Assembly (NCBI GenBank): GCA_964244895.1
Contig: CAXTKV010000156.1
Span: forward strand, 1 to 12,892
Source of the DNA: an uncultured Deinococcales bacterium
GTDB lineage: Bacteria; Deinococcota; Deinococci; Deinococcales; JAAFIG01
Direction: 5' to 3'
DNA length: 12,892 nt
How positions within the stretch are numbered: the stretch's first letter is position 1; each line of letters begins with the position of its first letter. Of the stretch, positions 8,659 to 12,892 are shown in pieces. The position numbers were made by a program, and so were the translations under genes. Below the pieces are notes generated by a model. The model did no database searches. It saw only the letters and a program-made list of their open reading frames with translations, and was not told the origin of the DNA.

Positions 8659-9287
8659 AGGTTGCCCACCCTGATCGGAGCGCCTGTTTTGTCGTGAAGC
8701 TCCTCGAGCGTCACGTTCGGCGCAAGTTCTACCAACTCGAGACCGGAGGCTGTCACATCCAACACGCACAACCCGGTGATGATCCGATTCACCACACGCC
8801 GCCCGGTCAGTGGCAAGCTGCACGCCTCGAGAATCTTGGGTTCGCCCTTGGCGGTGTGTTCCATCAGCACCACCACGCGCCGCACGCCCGCGACCAAATC
8901 CATCGCGCCGCCCATGCCCTTGACCATCCGTCCGGGAATCATCCAGTTCGCCAGATCGCCAGCACTCGAGACTTGCATCGCGCCCAAAATCGCCAGGTCG
9001 ATGTGACCACCACGAATCATGGCGAACGAATCGGCGCTCGAGAAGTGACTGGCTCCCGGCAGTGCGGTCACGGTTTGTTTGCCCGCGTTGATCAGATCGG
9101 CGTCCACTTCAGCCTCGAGAGGGAACGGGCCGATGCCCAAGAGTCCGTTCTCGGATTGCAGCACGACATCGATGCCAGCGGGAATAAAGTTCGCCGCCAG
9201 CGTCGGCAAGCCGATGCCGAGGTTGACGTAGAAGCCGTCCTGCAATTCTTGGGCGGCTCGGGTGGCCATTCTCTCATGCGTCCACAT
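8655..9287 (-). CDS. scoB: Succinyl-CoA:3-oxoacid CoA-transferase subunit B, 210 aa
   Basis: [10 protein letters not shown], catalytic-Glu motif [39 protein letters not shown] overlap with the subunit A stop. Confidence 0.93.
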   Translation of the reverse strand: MWTHERMATRAAQELQDGFYVNLGIGLPTLAANFIPAGIDVVLQSENGLLGIGPFPLEAEVDADLINAGKQTVTALPGASHFSSADSFAMIRGGHIDLAILGAMQVSSAGDLANWMIPGRMVKGMGGAMDLVAGVRRVVVLMEHTAKGEPKILEACSLPLTGRRVVNRIITGLCVLDVTASGLELVELAPNVTLEELHDKTGAPIRVGNL

Positions 9288-10009
9288 CAGTGCACCTCGA
9301 GTTCGGTTTTGGTTGGCTCGCGGACGGTTCGTTTCTCAATGCGTTTTTCAGGATTGGCATTCAGCACCACACGCTGCACAAATACACCCGGCGTGTGAAC
9401 CTCGTCCGGCTCGAGTTCGCCGACTTCAACGATTTCTTCAACTTCGGCGATGGTGATGTCGCCGCAGGTGGCGATCGTCGGATTGAAATTGCGTGCGGTC
9501 TTGCGATACACGAGGTTTCCCAACCGATCCGCCTTCCACGCTTTGACCAGGGCGACATCGGCGCGAATGCCGCACTCGAGGATGAAGGTTTCACCATTAA
9601 ATTCCTGGTGTGGTTTGCCGTCGGCGACGACCGTGCCGACCCCGGTTTTGGTGTAGAAGCCTGGAATGCCCGCACCACCAGCGCGAAGTCGTTCGGCGAG
9701 CGTGCCCTGAGGCGAGAACTCGAGTTCCAATTCACCGCCCAAGAATTGACGCTCGAATTCTTTATTTTCGCCGACGCAACTCGAGATCATTTTCTTGATT
9801 TGCCGCGACTCGAGCAGCAAGCCCAAACCCCAGCCATCCACCCCGGCGTTGTTGCTGGCAATCGTCAAGTGGCGCACACCGCTGTCGTGCAGCGCCAGAA
9901 TCAGCGCCTCGGGAATCCCGCATGTCCCGAAGCCACCGACTGCCACGGTCTGTCCGTGTTGAACGATGTCGCTCAGGGCTTCAGGGGCGCTCGAGTAAAT
10001 CTTGTTCAC
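9287..10009 (-). CDS. scoA: Succinyl-CoA:3-oxoacid CoA-transferase subunit A, ~240 aa
   Basis: [58 protein letters not shown] and VHTPG motifs. Start placed at GTG 10009 (VNKIY) because homologues begin MNKVY-like. Confidence 0.93.
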   Translation of the reverse strand: MNKIYSSAPEALSDIVQHGQTVAVGGFGTCGIPEALILALHDSGVRHLTIASNNAGVDGWGLGLLLESRQIKKMISSCVGENKEFERQFLGGELELEFSPQGTLAERLRAGGAGIPGFYTKTGVGTVVADGKPHQEFNGETFILECGIRADVALVKAWKADRLGNLVYRKTARNFNPTIATCGDITIAEVEEIVEVGELEPDEVHTPGVFVQRVVLNANPEKRIEKRTVREPTKTELEVH

Positions 10010-10073
10010 GAATGGATTCCAATCATGCTGCTGGCGAGGGACCAAGGTCGGTTTCCCGTTGGATTGCTGGGTC

Positions 10074-10766
10074 TCACTTTTCCGCCGCCGAGAGCAGGTT
10101 CATGACGTGAACAACAGTCTGTTGTAGGTGGTGGCGAATGGCGCTGGCCGCCCGAGCGGGGTCGTTCGCTTGACAGGCGCTCAGAATCTCGCGGTGTTCG
10201 CCATCGAGGCGGTGCGCATCCCTGGGTACATCGTTGGCCGCGTAGAGGTGCAGGTAGGCGTTCGAGGCGTTCCGAAGCTCCTCGATCATGGTGATCAGGC
10301 GTGAACGCCCAGACAGGCGGTACAGCCCCAAGTGAAACCGCTGGTTCCGCTCGAGATACGCATCCGCGTCGGTGATGGTCTCCATTTCGTCGAGCAGTGC
10401 GTGAAGCGGTGCAGCGTCCTGGGCCCTGAATTGTTCGGCGGTTTTTTCGATGGCCAGCGTCTCGAGGGCCATGCGAATCTCGTAGTGCTCAATCAAGTCT
10501 TGGGCGCTCGGCGAAAAAACGGTGACGCCGCGGTGGGTCTCTGCCTGCACCAGACCTTCGCTTTGCAAAAGCGCAAACGCCTCTCGAACCGGTGTGGTGC
10601 TGACCCCGAAGCGGGCGGCGACCTCGACCTGGCGCAGCTTGCTTCCCGCCTTTAATTGCCCTGTGGCAATCTCGCGCCGGAGGGTGGCCGCAACCTGTTC
10701 AGCCACGGTCAGCCTCGAGACTGGCACCGGTTGGGGATGCTCGATGGATACCATGGATGAAGACAT
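10074..10766 (-). CDS. GntR-family transcriptional regulator (FCD domain), 230 aa
   Basis: Winged HTH LRREIATGQLKAGSKLRQVEVAARFGVSTTPVREA. FCD features R..LE, NQRFH, EHREIL, HHL. AAGGGAG RBS upstream of ATG 10766. Confidence 0.96.
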   Translation of the reverse strand: MSSSMVSIEHPQPVPVSRLTVAEQVAATLRREIATGQLKAGSKLRQVEVAARFGVSTTPVREAFALLQSEGLVQAETHRGVTVFSPSAQDLIEHYEIRMALETLAIEKTAEQFRAQDAAPLHALLDEMETITDADAYLERNQRFHLGLYRLSGRSRLITMIEELRNASNAYLHLYAANDVPRDAHRLDGEHREILSACQANDPARAASAIRHHLQQTVVHVMNLLSAAEK

Positions 10767-10780
10767 TTTCTAAGGCTCCC

Positions 10781-10810
10781 TTGACAGATTTATTGTGTAT
10801 TATGCATAAT
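10781..10810 (+). promoter_or_regulatory. Putative sigma70-type promoter for the FAH/VOC operon
   Basis: TTGACA (10781-10786), 18-nt spacer, CATAAT (10805-10810), in the AT-rich divergent intergenic region. Confidence 0.65.
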
Positions 10811-10813
10811 ACA
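10796..10813. promoter_or_regulatory. Perfect 18-bp palindrome TGTATTATGCATAATACA, probable GntR operator
   Basis: Exact inverted repeat with a GntR-like TGT...ACA frame, overlapping the predicted -10 element, 30 nt upstream of the gntR start. Confidence 0.78.
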
Positions 10814-10939
10814 TCAAACACGGTTTCATTTCAATACGCAATCGATCGATTCGAACCCCTTTGCCGCATTGCAATCGTGGGGATTTTAGCCGTCGTCATC
10901 GCAAGCCGGAACAAACACTTGGACATTGGGGGATTCATC

Positions 10940-11872
10940 ATGATGCTGGTCAGCTATCGAACACGTGAATCACAGGCAAAGGGGTTAGAGGCACACGGTT
11001 TGACCCAGTGGCGTGCTGGCGTCGCATTCAATCAAGTCGTGATCGACGCGGGAAGCTTTCGCCCAGCGAATTCAGACTCGCCAATCACCTCTGTTCGTGC
11101 CGTGCTCGAGCGGGGACGAGTCTACCTTCAAGAACTTTGGGTCTGGGCGCAGCAACAATTTCGAGCGGAAAGCGGGTTGATGGCGATGGAAACGCTCGAG
11201 TTGGGACCACCCGTTCCCGATCCCGACAAGATCCTCTGTCTGGGCGTGAACTACCGCGAACACGCCGCCGAGGCGCAACAGGCGCTCCCCGTCGTGCCGC
11301 TTTTCTTTGCCAAGTTCCGCAATAGCTTGATCGGACCGACCGGACAGATCGTCATCCCTCGAGTCAGCAGCCAGATCGATTACGAGGGAGAATTGGCTGT
11401 CGTCATCGGCACGCGATGTAAAGAGGTCTCCGCACAGGATGCGCTCGAGTACGTGGCGGGGTACACGATCATCAACGACATCAGCGCCCGCGACGTGCAA
11501 CTGCAAACCAGTCAATGGACGGCGGGCAAGGCGTTGGATACCTTCGCACCGATGGGACCGGGGATCATTCCAGCCTCCGCGATTCCCGATCCTCAGGTGC
11601 TCGCACTGACGACCCGAGTCAACGGTGTGGTGGTTCAGCAAGACAGCACCGCCAACATGGTCTTTTCGGTGACGCACGCCATCTCGTTCCTGAGTTCGCT
11701 GATGACCCTCGAGCCCGGCGACATCATCGCCACAGGCACACCTTCCGGCGTCGGTTTCAAGCGCACTCCGCCGTTGTTCCTGAAGGACGGCGACGTGACA
11801 GAGGTGGAAATCGAGGGTATCGGAAAGATCAGCAACCCAGTGGTGACCTCGCGCTCGAGCCGTGCCGACTAA
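10940..11872 (+). CDS. Fumarylacetoacetate hydrolase (FAH) family protein, ~310 aa
   Basis: KILCLGVNYREH, FFAKF, DYEGELAVVIG, NDISARD, WTAGKALDTFAPMGP, GDIIATGTPSGVG. Start set at ATG 10940 (or 10943) after a GGGGGA RBS. Confidence 0.95.
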   Translation: MMLVSYRTRESQAKGLEAHGLTQWRAGVAFNQVVIDAGSFRPANSDSPITSVRAVLERGRVYLQELWVWAQQQFRAESGLMAMETLELGPPVPDPDKILCLGVNYREHAAEAQQALPVVPLFFAKFRNSLIGPTGQIVIPRVSSQIDYEGELAVVIGTRCKEVSAQDALEYVAGYTIINDISARDVQLQTSQWTAGKALDTFAPMGPGIIPASAIPDPQVLALTTRVNGVVVQQDSTANMVFSVTHAISFLSSLMTLEPGDIIATGTPSGVGFKRTPPLFLKDGDVTEVEIEGIGKISNPVVTSRSSRAD

Positions 11873-11937
11873 AGACAGCTGCTTCAAACTTCTCGAGGCG
11901 GATCGGTTGTGCAAGATGATCTTGGAGGAGAACTAAA

Positions 11938-12528
11938 ATGTCTGACAGCTCAACAGTTCATCGCCCCACTTTTCACCACATCAACCTCAAGACGCTCCGA
12001 ATACAAGCATTAATTGATTGGTACGGAACCGTCTTGGGAATGAAACCAAACTTCCAGTTTCCGGGTGGAGCCTGGCTGACCAACGACGAGGCGAACCACC
12101 GCATCGCCCTGCTGACCTCCCCTCATTTGCGCGAAGATCCCGATAAGCAAAAGCACACCGGGATGCACCACAGTGCCTTCGAGTACGCCAGCATGGGCGA
12201 ATTGCTCGAGACTTACCTGCGCCTGAAAGCGTTGGGCATCGAGCCGCACGCCTGCCTCGACCACGGCATGACCACCTCGTACTATTACGCCGACCCAGAC
12301 GGTAACAGCGTCGAGTTGCAATCGGACAACTTTGGAAGCTGGCAGGAATCGGGCGAGTTCATGCGAAATACCGCAGCGTTCGCCGCCAACCCCATCGGAA
12401 TGCCCATCGATCCGGCACAGATGGCGCAGGCGTATCGGGCTGGAGCGTCATTTGCAGAACTTCACACGCGAGCCTACGCGGGCGAGTTCCAGCCGTCCAG
12501 CCCGTTGGATTTGCACGTGCCGCTTTGA
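11938..12528 (+). CDS. VOC-superfamily protein, single-domain extradiol ring-cleavage dioxygenase-like, 196 aa
   Basis: HHINLKT, NHRIAL, GMHHSAF, DHGMTTSYYYADPDGNSVELQ give the His/His/Glu metal ligands and the catalytic His/Tyr pattern. Strong GGAGGAG RBS at 11924-11930. Confidence 0.88.
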   Translation: MSDSSTVHRPTFHHINLKTLRIQALIDWYGTVLGMKPNFQFPGGAWLTNDEANHRIALLTSPHLREDPDKQKHTGMHHSAFEYASMGELLETYLRLKALGIEPHACLDHGMTTSYYYADPDGNSVELQSDNFGSWQESGEFMRNTAAFAANPIGMPIDPAQMAQAYRAGASFAELHTRAYAGEFQPSSPLDLHVPL

Positions 12529-12589
12529 ACGCAGGGGTGATTGAACCCGACCAGATTCGAGATGACGGAACCAGTCAAAGCGAGGGATT

Positions 12590-12892
12590 TTAAGCGATAC
12601 GAAGGTGAATTGCCAGAGCGTTGTAAGTCAAGAGGTCAAGGAAGAACCAACGACGGGACACCAATTCCAGGATGTGCTGACTGGTGCCATCCAATGAGGG
12701 CTGTGTGGATCGCCCATTTTGACTTGAAAACACATGAATTCGACACACCGTTGACTGCCGCACACCGCGCATGGCCACACTCGAAGGAGCAACCATGAAT
12801 CGTCTGCCGATCCATTCGTCAATCACCGACCCGACGATTGCGTAATTCACGTGAAATGGGCCACCGGGGCTCTCCCGCAGTTCGCGTGCAAC
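12590..12892 (-). other. Possible 3' end of a convergent gene entering from the right edge (uncertain)
   Basis: The minus frame is open from the window edge (VARELRESPGGPFHVNYAIVGSVIDEWIGRRF...) to the stop at 12590. No motif recognised, and it conflicts with plus-strand ORF signals. Confidence 0.25.

Larger units (their letters stand above)
587..12210. repeat. Dispersed highly iterated palindrome CTCGAG (~66 copies)
   Basis: Hand count. Examples at 587, 749, 872, 1052, 1118, 1125, 1862, 1869, 1918, 3181, 3889, 4958, 4973, 5998, 6983, 7561, 8703, 9296, 9780, 9809, 10461, 11358, 11892, 12205. Confidence 0.9.

Noticed and set aside
8659..8823. 55-codon N-terminal extension of the monooxygenase
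   Set aside because: It lies inside scoB. ATG 8658 gives an ATGA coupling shortly before the Rossmann motif.
8655..10009. Calling the CoA-transferase pcaIJ (3-oxoadipate)
   Set aside because: The motifs ([26 protein letters not shown]) fit the SCOT/ScoAB type better, and no pca/cat genes are nearby. The true substrate remains untested.
10010..10045. Upstream start for scoA
   Set aside because: Family similarity begins at VNKIY (GTG 10009); the extra 12 residues are unsupported.
10757..10939. 61-codon N-terminal extension of the FAH ORF
   Set aside because: It overlaps the gntR start and runs through the promoter/operator. ATG 10940 has an RBS and gives a typical family length.
1..12892. 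CRISPR array, tRNA/rRNA, transposase/integrase, or a cloning artefact explaining the XhoI sites
   Set aside because: No regularly spaced repeats or such genes were seen. The CTCGAG sites sit within intact reading frames, which argues against ligation chimeras.

Overview
Bacterial genomic window (mostly ~55-75% GC, with an AT-rich left edge) holding two unrelated modules. (1) 1-5635, + strand: the 3' part of an AT-rich hypothetical gene, an Rv1747-like FHA-FHA-ABC exporter, and a translationally coupled membrane Ser/Thr kinase. The kinase's predicted external part is SH3b + right-handed beta-helix + an unrecognised Cys-containing C-terminal domain. (2) 6137-12528: a divergent aromatic/oxo-acid catabolic cluster. 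The minus arm is gntR, scoA, scoB, a flavoprotein monooxygenase and an MBL-fold hydrolase; the plus arm is an FAH-family hydrolase and a VOC extradiol-dioxygenase-like protein. A perfect 18-bp palindrome overlaps the predicted promoter, and a terminator follows the minus arm. The most striking DNA-level signal is the palindrome CTCGAG: about 66 copies by hand count versus about 4 expected, in all codon phases and in intergenic DNA, resembling a HIP1-type iterated palindrome. No rRNA, tRNA, CRISPR array or transposase was seen.
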